NCBI RefSeq assembly: GCF_018350175.1
Contig: NC_058368.1
Coordinates: forward strand, 83,268,001 to 83,332,000
Direction of reading: 5' to 3'
Length of the DNA stretch: 64,000 nucleotides
DNA from: Felis catus
Lineage: Eukaryota
Shown: positions 39,104 through 52,348 of the stretch, piece by piece
How positions within the stretch are numbered: the first letter of the stretch is position 1
Layout: every line of letters begins with the position of its first letter
The notes under the pieces: model-generated
Seen by the model: the letters and a program-made list of their open reading frames with translations, nothing else
What the model was told of the DNA's origin: nothing
Databases searched by the model: none
Program-made: the position numbers and the translations under genes

Positions 39104-42100
39104 TTCTATATCACTTATTTCTGCTCCAATTTTTATTATTTCCCTTCTGCTGGCTTTAGGTTTTGTTTGGTGTTCTTTGTTTTCATAACTCCTTATTTAA
39201 GGTTGGATTGTTTATTTGAGATTCTTCTTGCTTCTTGTGGTAGGCTTCTATTGCTATATACTTCCCTGTTATGATCACTTGCTACATCCCAATGTTTTAG
39301 GCCCATAGTGTTCATTTTCATTTGTTTCCACTTATTTTGTTTTATTTTTTCTTTGGTTTCCTGGTTGACCCATTTATTTTTTAGTAGCATGAGATTTAAA
39401 ATCCACGTATATGTGGTTGTTCTTTTTTTTCTTTCTTGTGGTTGACTTCAAGTTTCATATCATTGTGCTCAGAAAATATGTCTGGTCTGATCTCAATATT
39501 TTTATACTTGTAGAGGCCTAAATTGTGACCTAGCATGTGATCTATTCTGTAGAATGTCCATGTGAACTTGAAAGGAATGTGTACTCTGCTGATTTAGGAT
39601 TAAATGTTCTGAATATAATTATTTAGTCCATCTAGTCTAGTATGTCACTAAAGTCATCGTTTTCTTATGGTTTTCTGCTTCAATGATCTGTCCATTGAGG
39701 TAAGTGAGGTGTTAAATTTCCCTAACATTATTGTATTTTTATCAGTGAGTTCCTTCATATTTGTTAGTCTTTTTTATATCTGGGTGTTTCTGTGTTGGGT
39801 TCATAAGTATTTACAATTATTTAATCTTCTTGTTGGAAAGCTCCATTTATTATGATATATTGCCCTTCACCTACTGTTACAGTCTTTGATTTAAAGTCAA
39901 GTTTGTCTCATATAAGTATTGCTATGCTGGCTTTCCTTTGACATCAATTTGCATGATTACTATTTCCCCATCATCTCACTTTCAATCTGCAGGTGATTTT
40001 ACTTCTAAAATGAGCCTCTTATTGGCACATATAGATGGGTCTTGCTTTATACATTCTGACACCCTATGTCTTTTGATTGGAGAATTTATTTCATTTACAT
40101 TCAGAGTATTTATAGGTACGTATTTAGTGCCATTTTTGTTATTCATTTTTTACTTGTTTATGGAGATTTTCTCTGTCACTTTCTAGTCTTTGTCAATTTT
40201 GGTCTTTCCTACTCACTCATAGAGTCCTCTTAATATTTCTTGCAAGGTTGGTTTAAGTAGTCATGACCCATTTTAGTTTTTTGTTTGTCTTGGAAACTCT
40301 ATCTATTTTTCTATTTTGAATGATAATCTTCCTGGATATTCTTGGGTGCAGATTTTTCTCATTCAGCATGTTGAATATATCATGTCATTCAATTCTGGTT
40401 TGCCAAGTTTTTGTGGAAAGAGCTGTGGCTGTCTCTATGGGTCTTCTTTTATAAGTTAGAGAGTTCTTTTATCTGGTCACTTTTAGCATTTTTCTTTATC
40501 ACAGTATTGCAAATTTAATTATAATATGTCTTGACATAAGCATGATTTTGTTGCTTTTAGTGGTAGATCTCTGTGCATCCTGGATCTGGATGTCTGTTTC
40601 CTTCCCCAGATTAGGAAAATTTTCAGCTATTATTTCCTAAAATAAATTTCATGCTCCCCCACTTCTCTTCTTCTCGTAATTCTACGATATGAATTTTACT
40701 ATGTTTGATTGAGTCACTGAGTTCCCTAAGTCTATTCTTTTGACCCATAATTTTCCTTTCTCTATTTTGTTCAGTTTCACTATTTTTCATTATTCTATCT
40801 TCTTTATCATGTATTCATTCCTTTGCTTCTTCCATCCTTGTGGTCATTACATACAGTCTGTTTTGAATCTCAGTTATAGCATTTTTTTTCACTCTGACTG
40901 GTTTTTTTTTAAGTATTTTATCTCTGTGGTAAGGGTCTCCCTGATGCTTTCCATGCTTTTCTCAATCCAAGCTACTATCTTATTATTATTATTATTGCTT
41001 TAAATTCTCAATCAGTCATGCTACTTTTATCTATTTCAATTAGCTCTCTGGTGGTGTCCTTTTCCTGTTATTTCTTTTGGGATGAATTCCTCTGCCTTGA
41101 CATTTTTTGTAAGTCCCTGTTTTCTTCTCTGTGTTAGAAAAGCCTATTATGTTTTATGGTCCTGATAGTAATGGCTTTATGAAGAAGAGATCATATAATG
41201 TCCAGGACCTAGTGCTTCACGGAGTATCTCTGATGTGTGCTGTGTGCACTCTGTTGCTATACTTTGGCTGTTCTACCCCTTATTCCTGTCATCTGCAGAC
41301 GGCCTGCAGTGGGAAATGTTTGGACCTGGGCCAGGTTGTGGTGAGTTTTAACTAGGTGTGCTGTGGTTGGCTTGTTCAATGAGACCTGGTGCTAGATTCC
41401 ACTAGAACTGAAGGATTGCAGGACTCTATGGTTGGTAAACATGGTGTGTATGTGTGGTTTTACGCTGGTCTTCTTGGGAAGGGGTCTTCTTGAGCTGGTC
41501 CTACAAGACATTTTACCAAGAAAAGCAGTAACAGTGGAGCACAGTGGGGTGAGACTTGGTGTAAGCAGGTTAGGCAGGCTGTGTTGGCATTGCCCTGTTT
41601 ACTGAAGTTGTTTAAGCTGAGGTGCAGAGGAGGGAATGGTGCCACCCAATTCCTTTGTCCCCAGAGAAGGGTCTATGTGGTTGCTACTCTCAGGGTAGTA
41701 CACCCAGAAGAGTAAATAATTTCCCCTGTGCATCCCAGGTGTTTTTCTGATGGCCATTTTCATGCTGTCTGTCTCTGGGTTGCTTGCCTACCTGGAGAAA
41801 CACAGTGCACTTTGGGCTTTACCACTAAAAATCAACTGACTTAAAACTCTAAACCTTAGGAAGTGCTGTGGCAGTGACCTGTGCTGATCTGGGAACAGAT
41901 CACACTGGATGGATGCAATTTTGACTGAGAAGGACACCAGAGTGCAGAGTTGTGGGATTTGGAGTAAAGCAGGCTAAATATCTAGTGTCTGGTTTAGCCA
42001 CCCTGAAAAAGTGTCTCTGAGCACATGTTCAGTGACAGAGGAGAGAGATGTCCTCCACTGGTTCTTTTGTCCTTGGAGAAGTATCTTAGTGAAGCTGCTT

Positions 42101-42618
42101 CTCACAAATGTCTTACAAGAAGAGAGAAGAATCTCTCTCCCTTTGCCTTAGGAGATATTCAGATTATGCCATCAGTCCCAGGGTTGTTTGCCTGCCTTCT
42201 CCCGAGGAATAGGACAGCTTCCTCAGGGTTCTACCTCAATAAGCCCTTGGACCTCTAGAACTCCAGTCTTTGTGGTTGATTGGTTACACAATGTGATGAA
42301 AATCAGCCTTTCTCACTTTCCCAGCCAATCAATGGCTTTGGAGAATTGTTCTCCTTGTTCATTCCACTGTACTTTCTTCTCTCTTTCATCTTTCTCTGCA
42401 ACTAGGGTTTCCACCCCTCTGCAGCACCTGTGACTTGTTTCTCGCCCATACCATGTCTCCACAAATCCTATCTTCTTTGATGTGACCTCTTCTCTCCCTC
42501 TAGTTGTGCCGTTTGTTCTGTGAGTCCTCAGATCAGTTTTTTAGGTATTCAGAATGATTTGATAGTTATCTAGTTGTGTTTGTGGGAGACAAACCTAGGG
42601 TACTCCTACTATGCAATC

Positions 42619-45600
42619 ATTTTTTAAATGAAATTTATTGTCAAATTGATTTCCATACAACACCCAGTGCTCATCCCAACAGGTGCCCTCAATACCCATC
42701 ACCCACTTTCCCATCCTTCCCACTCCCCATAAACCTTCAGTTTATTCTCAGTTTTTAAGAGTCTCTTATGGTTTGGTCCACTCCCTAACTTTTTCTTTTA
42801 TTTTTTTTTTCCTTCCCCTCCCTGATGGTCTTCTGTTAACTTTCTCAGGATCCACATAAGAGTGAAAACATATGGTGTCTGTCTTTCTCAGTATGACTTA
42901 TTCACTTAGTATAACACTCTCCAGTTCAATCCACATTGCTACAAAAGCCATATTTCATTCTTTCTCATTGCCAAGTACTATTCCATTGTGTACATAAACC
43001 ACAATTTCTTTATCCATTCATCAATTGATGGACATTTAGGCTCTTTCCATAATTTGGCTATTGTTGAAAGTGCTGCTATAAACATTGGGGTATAAGTGCC
43101 CTAATGCCTCCACACTCCTGTATCCTTTGGGTAAATTCCTAGAAGTGCTATTGCTGGGTCATAGGGTAGATCTATTTTTAATTTTTTGAGGAACCTCCAC
43201 CCTGATTTTCAGAGTGGCTGCATCAGTTTGCATTCCCACCAACAGCGAAAGAGGGTTCCCATTTCTCCACATCCTCATCAGCATCTATAGTCCCCTGATT
43301 TGTTCATTTTAGCCACTCTGACTGGTGTGAGGTGGTATCTCAGTGTGGTTTTTATTTGTATTTCCCTGATGAGGAGTGACGTTGAGCATCTTTTCATGTG
43401 CCTGTGGCCATCTGGATGTCTTCTTTAGACAAGTATCTATTCATATCTTCTGCCATTTCTTCACTGGATTACTTGTTTTTCGGGTGTGGAGTTTGGTGAG
43501 TTCTTTATACATTTTGGATACCAGCCCTTTGTCTGATATGTCATTTGCAAATATCTTTTCCCATTACATTGGTTGTCTTTTAGTTTTATTGATTGTTTCC
43601 TTTGCAGTGCAGAAGCTTTATATCTTTATGAGGTCCCAATAGTTCATTTTTGCTTTTAATTCCCTTGCCTTTGAGGATGTGTCAAGTAAGAAATTGCTGC
43701 GGCTGAGGTCTGAGAGGTTTTTTCCTGCTTTCTCCTCTATGGTTTTGATGGTTTCCTGTCTCACATTCAGGTCCTTCATCCATTTTGAGTTTATTTTTGT
43801 GAATGATGTGAGAAAGTGGTCTAGTTTCATCCTTCTGCATGTTGCTGTCCAGTTCTCCCAGTGCCATTTGTTAAATAGACTTTTTGTCCATTGGATATTC
43901 TTTCCTGCTTTGTCAAAGATTAGTTGGCCACACTTTTGTGGGTCCAATTCTGAAGTCTCTACTATATTCCTTTGTTCTATGTGTCTGTTTTTGTGCCGAT
44001 ACCATGCTGTGGTGATGATGACAGCTTTGTAGTAGAGGCTAAAGTCTGGGACTGTGATGCCTCCCACTTTGGTCTTCTTCAATACTAGTTTGGCTATTCA
44101 GGGTCTTTGTGGTTCCATACAAATTTTAGGATTGCTTTTACTAGCTTCGAGAGGAATGCTGGTGCAATTTTGATTGGGATTTCATTGAATGTGTAGATTG
44201 CTTTGAGTAGTATTGACATTTTAACAATATTTATTCTTCCAATCAATAAGTACAGAATGTTGTTCCATTTCTTTGTGTCTTCTTCAATTTCCTTCATAAG
44301 CTTTCTATAGTTTTCAGCATACAAAGCTTTTACATCTTTGGTTAGGTTTATTCCTAGGCATTTTATGCTACTTGGTACAATTGTTAATGGGATCAGTTTC
44401 TTTATTTGTCCTCCTGTTGCTTCATTATTAGTGTATAAGAATGCAACTGATTTGTGTACATTAATTTTGTATCCTGCAACTTTGCTGTAACTGTCCCTCC
44501 CACCCCTGTGCACCTTGCAGATCTACCCCTGCTAATATGCTCTTAGCCAGATCCTATAGAAGCAGCACCACAAGCCTGTCAGTGTGCAAGTAGTCCAGAC
44601 AGGGGCCACACCAGTCCACAGTGAGTCTTGCCCCTGGTAGAGGGGAAGAAAATGTACACAACAGTCTGACTGTGACGCCAACATTGGGCGTGGGGCAGAC
44701 ATCTGCCCTGACTATAGCCCTGCCCACCAAGACAGATTTCTCCAGACAACACAGGGGAAATGCCCTGCCATTTGGAACTACCTCAGGGACTACCCAAAAT
44801 GACAAAATGGAAGAATTCGCCTCAAAAGAAACTCCAGTAAATAGTGACAGCTAACGAATTCATCAAAAACGATTTAAGCAATATAATGGAATAAGAATTT
44901 AGAATAATAGTCATAAAATTAATCGCTGCACTTGAAAAAGGCATAGAGGACAGCAGAGAATCTATTGCTAGAGATCAAGGGACTAAGAAACAGTCATGAG
45001 GAGCTAAAAAATGCTATAAATGAGGTGCAAAATAAAATGAAGGCAACCATAGCACGGATTGAAGATGCAGATGAGAGAATAGGTGAATTAGAAGATAAAA
45101 TTATGGAAAAAGAGGAAGCTGAGAAAAAGAGAGATAAAAAATCCAGGAGTATGAGGGGAGAATTAGAGAACTAAGTGATGTGTTCAAACGGAACAATATC
45201 AGTACCATAGGAATTCCAGAAGAAGAAGAGAGAGAAAGGGGCAGGAGGTGTACTTGAACAAATCATAGGTGAGAACTTCCCTGGTATGGGGAAGGAAAAA
45301 GGCATTGAAATCCAAGAGGCACAGAGAACTCCCTTCAGATATAACCTGAATCCATCTTCTGCACAACATATCATAGTGAAACTGGAAAAATACAAGGATA
45401 AAGAGAGAATTCTCAACTCACCTAGGGATAAACAGGACCTAACTTACAAAGGTAGACACATAAGAGTAGTAGCAGACCTAAATACTGAAACTTGGCAAGG
45501 CAGAACAGAATGGCAGGAAATCTTCAATATGATGAACAGAAAAACATATGCAGCTGAGAATCCTTTATCTACCAAGTCTCTCATTCAGAACAGATGAAGA

Positions 45601-47663
45601 GATAAACGTTTTCCCAAACAAAAACTGAAGCGATTCATCACCACTAACCATACCTACAAGAGATCCTAAGGGGGATTCTGTGAGTGAAATGTTTCAAGGA
45701 CCGCAAAGGGCCAGACATCACTACAAGCATGAAACCTACAGACATCACAATGACTCTAAACCATATCTTTGAATAATAACACTGAATGGAAATGTACTAA
45801 ATGCTCCAACCAAAAGACACAGGGTATAAGAATGGAAAAAAGGAAAAAAAGACCCATCTGTATGCTGTCTACAAGAGACTCATTTTAGGCCTGAGGACAC
45901 CTTCAGATTGAAAGTGAGAGGATGCAGAACTATCTATCATGCTACTGGAAGTCACAAGAAAGCTGGAGTAGCCACACTTATATCAGACAAACTAGACTTT
46001 AAATTAAAGGCTGTAACAAGAGATGAAGAAGGGCATTATATAATAATCACAGGGTCTATCCATCAATTATAATTGTCTATGCACCGAATACAGGACCTCC
46101 ATATATATAAAACAATCACAAACAAAAGCAACCTTATTGAGAAGAATGTGGTAATTGCAGGGGACTTTAATACCCCACTGACAACAATGGATAGATTATC
46201 TAGGCACAGGATCAATAAAGAAACAAGGGCCCTGAATGATACATTGGATCAGATGGAATTGACAGGTATATTTAGAACTCTGCATCCCAAAACAACAGAA
46301 TATACTTTCTTCTCAAATGCACATGGAATATTCTCCAAGATAGATCACATACTGGGTCACAAAACTGCCCTTAATACGTATAAAAGAATTGAGATCATAC
46401 CATGCACACTTTCAGACCACAATGCTATGAAACTTGAACTCAACCATAGGAAAAAGTCTAGAAAACCTCCAAAAGCTGAAAAAAGAAGAATGAAGAAAGC
46501 AGAAGAAGAGAAATAATAAAGATCAGAGTAGAAATAAACAATATGTAATCTAAAAAAAAACAACACAACAACTGTAGGGCAGATAAATGAAACCAAGTGT
46601 TGGTTTTTTGAGAAAATAAACAAAATTGCTAAAACTCTAGCCAGGCTTCTCAAGAAGAAAAGGGAGATGACCCAAATAGATAAAATCATGAATGAAAATG
46701 GAATTATTACAGCCAATCTCTCAGAAACACAAAAAATTATCAGGGAATACAAGAACCATTATATGCCAACAAACTGGACAACCTGGAAGAAATGGACAAA
46801 TTCCTAAGCCCCCACACACTTCCCAAGCTGAAATGGGAAGAAATAAGAAACTTGAACAGACCGATAACCAGTGAAGAAATTGAACAAGTTATCAAAAATC
46901 TCCCAACAAATAAGAGTGCAGGACCATATGGCTTCCCTATGGAATTCTAGCAGACATTTAAAGCAGAGATAATACCTATCCTTCTCAAGCTGTTCCAAAA
47001 AATAGAAAGGGAAGGAAAACTTCCAGACTCATTCTATGAAGCCAGTATTACTTTGATTCCCAAACCATACAAAGACCCAGCAAAAAAAGAGAACTACAGG
47101 CCAATTTCCCTAATGAATATGGATGCAAAAATTCTCCATAATATACTAGCAAATCGAATTCAACAGCTTATAAAAAGAATTATTTACCATGATCAAGTGG
47201 GATTCATTCCTGGGCTGCAGGGCTGGTTCAACATTCACAAATCAATCAATGTGATACATCACATTAATGAAAGAAAAGGTAAGAATCATATGATCCTGTC
47301 AATCGATGCAGAAAAAGCATTTGACAAAATTCGGTATCCTTTCTTAATCAAATCCCTCAAGAAATTCGGGATAGCAGGAACATACTTAAACATCATAAAA
47401 GCCATTTATGAAAAGCCCACAGCTAATATCATCCTCAATGTTGAAAACTGAGAGCTTTCCCCCTGAGATCAGGAACATGACAGGGATGTCCACTTTCAAC
47501 GCTGTTGGTTACCATAGTGTTGGAAATCTAGCATCAGCAATCAGACAACAAAAGGAAATCAAGGCATCAAAATTGGCAAAGATGAAGTCAAGCTTTCACT
47601 TTTTGCAGATGACATATTATATACATGGAGATCCTGATAGACTCCACCAAAGTCTTCTAGAAT
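42619..47663 (-). mobile_element. Felid L1 with 5' inversion: 3' segment minus (42619-44487), inverted 5' segment plus (44488-47663); perfect 12-bp TSD
   Basis: tactatgcaatc at 42607-42618 and 47664-47675; the two segments are adjacent in L1 coordinates (compare 7597-7631); ORF1 ATG 44799, ORF2 ATG 45750. Confidence 0.95.
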
Positions 47664-47961
47664 TACTATGCAATCTTACCTTTATCTTCTGTCATTTTTT
47701 TGTCACTATTGCTAAAATTTGTCAATTTCATTGATGTTGAAAAATCTGTTTCTTACATTGTTCTTTTTCATTGTTTTGCCGTGCTCAATTTCAATAGTTT
47801 CAGTCTTATCTCTATTTTTCCTACCTTATCTTGCTTTATTTTTCTCTTACTTTTGTAAATGCTAGAAGTTGGCACTTTAACTTCAGTTTGATCAGTTTGA
47901 TCTCTAATGGAAGCATTTAATGGTAAAATTGCTGTAGCTATATCACAAATTTTCATACCCA

Positions 47962-49997
47962 TACAAGGAGGTTCTCAGCCATAGTTTGTTTAAGTATCCT
48001 TCTTACCTTTTTCTCCTTTTTTTTTTTTTCCTTCTGGGACTCTTATGATATGGGTAGTGTTTCATTTCACGGGCATAGAACCTAGGTCACCCCTCATGAT
48101 CTACTAATTTTCTTCCTTTTTTTTCCCCAGCATCACTATAGTCCACATTTTTTTCTTTTATTTTAACTATCTATTCTTTACTCTGGTTTTCCTATCCTCA
48201 CTGTCATTGTATCCAGTTTACTTTGCATCTTATAGCATTTTAAATTCATCCTGACTAAGTCTTAGGTCTTTTATCTCTGCCATAGGGGCTACTCTGTTGC
48301 CTTTGTTTTTCTCAAGACCAGCTGTTAGTTTTATGACTGCTGTTATAAATACTTATTCAGATATATTGTTTATATCTGTTTTGAGCAAGTACCTGGCTAT
48401 GATATCTTCTTGACCTTTCCTTTGGGGACAACCTCTGTCTTGTCATTTTTGCTAAATTTCTGTCTTTTGTGTGCTTTTATTATGTTTCCTGCACCTGACA
48501 GTTATACTATATTTAAAGGGGCCATACACTGTCTGGGGACTGACACTACAGGAAGTGTTTCTGGTATATGCTCTGTGCACTGTGTTTGGCTGTGTTTTGG
48601 CTGCTCTATCCCAATAGTCAGCCCTCTGCAGAACTCCTACTTCCTTTCAATGGTGAAGTGTATGGACCTTTAAGTAGGTATGCTTTTATTTGTTTGTTGA
48701 AGTAACCCTGGAAAAAAGGGGTACAGACTGCTTCCCCAAAACTAAAGGGAACAATAACCAACAGAATTAACAAGCTACAAGGCTTATTCCGTAGAAAAAT
48801 AAAAGAAAAATGGGGGGGGGGGGGAGAACAGAAGAAAGAGAAAGGAAGGAAAAAGAAAAAAAAATTAAAAAAATTAAAAAAATTAAAAATCAAAAAAAGA
48901 GAGAGATAGAAAAGGAAATTGAAAGAAAAGAACTATGAGCCTGATTTCAAAAGAAAAAAAAGGAGAAATAAAAAGAAAAATAGAGTTGTCTTTTGGTGCC
49001 TGGAGGTGGTGGCTGTGCAGGTCTGGAGGAGAGGTTTGCTGTTTTAGCTCAGAGTCAGTCTTGCCCTAGTAAATAAGAAGTTGTCATTCAAAGAGGAACA
49101 GGATTTGGTGTCAGCATGTCCCATCTCTACTGGGGGGTGCCGTTTTAGTCCTTGAAGTCCCACTGTGTTGGTGTTAGGGTGGGGAAAATGGCGTCAATCC
49201 AGTCTCTCATCACTGGACTGGGCATCTTGATCCCAATTGTTCAGGCAGTCCTCAAAGAATAGATATGTTAGTGAGCTCATTCTGAGCCAAAACTCTATTG
49301 TGGTTTTTCTTTGGTGCATGGCTGGGATTCAAAACCCAAAGTCTTAAAGGACCACATGGCAGCATGCATCCATTCCCCTCCTCTGGAGTACAGCCTCTCC
49401 ACCCTGCTGATGAAAGCTCTTTGGCTGGCACTTGCAGAGCCTCTTGTTCTTGTGGAGGCAATTAACCCTCTTCCAATAGTACTCCAGGCATGGGACTGTT
49501 CTATGAGTGCACCACAGAGATCACTACACCATGCTATGCACTCAAGCACCAGCTCCCTCCTCCTCAGGACAATGCATAATAGCCCCACTCTGGAGAAAGT
49601 CACACACTTCCAAAACTTCAGAGCTTTAGCTCCAAAAGTTGTTAGCAACAAAGAATTTTGTCACTCAGTACTTCTTACTCCCTAGTATGTGGTTCATAGA
49701 TATTTTCCTTTTGGGAAAACTCAATGCCACACTATCTGACCCCCTCTCTCTTTCTCTCTTTTTTGTCTCTCCATGGAAAGTGTTCTTTCACCTCTGAGGC
49801 CACTGATTTTTCTTTCTCCTGATTCACATCCATGCACCTCACACCTGCCAAGCTCTCTCCCTCCAACTGTAGAAATCCTTCTCCAACTCCACTGACCAAT
49901 TTCTTAGGTGGTCCATGTAATATGACCTAAATATAGCTGTTTTGGGGATATGAATAAAGCCCAGGATGCCCTAACTTCTCTGCCATCCCAACTCCTC
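47962..49997 (-). mobile_element. Carnivore/felid L1 5'UTR and 5' ORF1
   Basis: Antisense ORF1 (ccttctgggactcttatgata); start ctctgccatcccaactcctc; similar to 25674-27250. Confidence 0.75.
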
Positions 49998-50002
49998 ATC
50001 CT

Positions 50003-50315
50003 AGAGACTTTTTTTCCATTGGATAGTCTTCCTTATTTCTCTGAGATGAATTACCATAGAGTTACGGGTTCATTTCTGGGTTTTTGATTCTTTCCCCTTG
50101 ATCTGTGTGCCTATTTTTAGGGCCAGTATCATATGGTGAGGGGATGGGTCAAATGAGTGATGGGGATTAAGGAGTGCACTTGTTATGATGAGAATAAACA
50201 ATGTATTGTTTGGAAGGGTTGAATAAATATATTGTACACCTGAAACTAATATTACACTGTATGTTCACTAACTGAAATTTAAATAAAATTCTTATTTCTT
50301 TAGAAATTAAAAAAA
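50003..50315. mobile_element. L1 fragments: ORF2 minus (50003-50135) and 3' terminus plus (50136-50315)
   Basis: ttccattggatagtcttcc (antisense); ggggattaaggagtgcacttg...tgtacacctgaaactaat (sense). Confidence 0.8.
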
Positions 50316-51969
50316 TGTATTATTATGAAATTTTAAAGGTCATCACAAAGCAAAATCCTGTAACTCATACATAAAGGGGAAAGACAAAAGAATAAAAACA
50401 TATCATTATAAAAATCCATCTATTTACAAAGGAATACATCAAGAGAGTATGAAAGAAACAAAGGAACTACAAAATAATTAAAAACAATTAAATTGTAATG
50501 GTAAGTCTTCACCTACCAACATATACTCTACATGTAGATAGCACATGTCATCCAATCCAAAGACACACAGTGGTTGAATGAATGAAAAGAAAAAAAAAGA
50601 CCCAGGTAAATGTTACCTATAATAGACTCATTTAATCATTGAGGCCACTCAGACTGGCTGTGAAGGAATGGAAAAAAAATCAGAGAGAAAAGAAACTATT
50701 CTTATAAAAGCCAAAATAGGCTTCAGGTCAAAAGTTGTAAAAAAAAAAAAATAAAAACATTAACTACATAATGATAAAGAGGATTGAGCAATATAGGAAT
50801 CTAACTATTAATATACATACACCCATATTAGCTGGAGATTTCTCAACAGATACTTGGCAAGACAGAAGCGAGTGGAATGATATATTCAAAGTGAATAATT
50901 GGAGGGGTGCCTTGGTGGTTCAGTTAGGTGTCTGTATCCAGCTCAGATCATGATGTCACAGTCTGTGAGTTTGAGCCCCACGTTGAGTTTTGTGTTGACA
51001 GCTCAGAACCTAGATCTTGCTTTGGATTCTGTGTCTCCCTATCTCTCAGGCCCTCCCTCCTTCCCCCCTCTCTCTCTCTCTCTCTCAAAAATAAACATCA
51101 AAGTGCAGAATGGGAAAAATCTGCATCCAAGAATACTGTATTGAGCAAGACTAGCATTCAGAATAGAAAAAGAGAAAAAGAGGTTTCCAGACAAGAAAAA
51201 ACTAAAGGAAATTGTGAAAATTTAACCAGCCCTGAAAGAAATATGAAGGGAGAATCTTTGACTGCAAAGAAAAGACCAAAAGTGATAAAGACAAGAAAGG
51301 ATCAGAGAAAATCTCCAGAAATAATGACAAAACACATAATTAAATGAAAATAAATACATATATATCAATAATTAGTTTGAATGTGAATAGACAACACATA
51401 GGGTATCAGAATGGATAAAAATAAAACGAATATCTTTCAATATGCTACAAAAAGGACACCCATTTTAGACCTAAAATCACATGTAGATTGAAAAGGAGGG
51501 GGTGGAGAAACATTTATCATGAAAATCATTGTCAAAAGAAAGCTAGAGAGGCAATACATTTATGGGACAAAATAGACTTTAAAACGAAGACTGCAAAAAA
51601 AAAGGCATTATATAGTCATAAAAGGTACAATCGATCAAGATCTAATGATTGTAAATGTTTATGCCCCCTAAATGAAGGCACACAATATATAAAATAATAA
51701 CAAAAGTAAAGGAAACCACTTATAATACAATAATAGTAGGGAAATTTAACACCCGACTTACACCAATAGGCATATCTAAACAAAAAAATAAGAAGACAAA
51801 GGCTTTGAATGATACACAGGACCAGATGAACTTAACAGTATTTACAGTATTCACAGTATTCCATCTTAAAGCAGCAGAATACACATTCTTTTCAAATGCA
51901 CATGGAACATTCTGAACAGATCACATATTGTGTCACAAATCAGTACTCAACAAAGAGAGAAGAAAGAAA

Positions 51970-52006
<37 letters not shown>

Positions 52007-52348
52007 AAACAATGCTCCTTTATTGGCCACTGTATTATGAAACTATAATTCAATCACAAGGAAAACTGGAAAGACAAAAATACATAGAGGCTAAACAACT
52101 TGCTACTAAAGAATGAATGGGTCAATTAGCAAATCAAAGACAAAATAAAAATTATGTGGAAATAAGTGAAAATAAAAACACAAGCGTCCAAACATTTTGG
52201 GATGCAACAAAAGTGACTGCTTTTTTTGGGAGGTATAAAACAACACAGGTCTACCACAAGAAGCAAGAAATATCCAAATAAACAACATAACTTTATCCCT
52301 AAAGGGGCTAGAAAAAGAACAAAGGAAGACTAAAGTGAGAAGAAGTGC
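50316..52348 (+). mobile_element. L1 fragments: old EN-region piece (50316-50825) then carnivore L1 ORF1 3' end and EN (50826-52348)
   Basis: LAGDFSTDTWQDRSEWNDIFKV; gggaaatttaacacccgactt; gcacatggaacattct. Confidence 0.75.
50904..51099 (+). mobile_element. Can-SINE
   Basis: Head, CT tract, tail; degenerate TSD aaagtgaataattgga / aaagtgcagaatggga. Confidence 0.92.

Larger units (their letters stand above)
35980..42618 (-). mobile_element. Near full-length older carnivore L1; its first few bases are displaced to 47664-47680 by a younger L1
   Basis: Continuous antisense 3'UTR, ORF2, ORF1 and 5'UTR; track 36625..36816, 36782..37108, 38076..38285 and 39193..39390 are ORF2 peptides. Confidence 0.92.

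Noticed and set aside
39056..39274. Poly-Cys ORF (metallothionein or keratin-associated-like)
   Set aside because: Translation of a (TGT)n microsatellite in antisense L1
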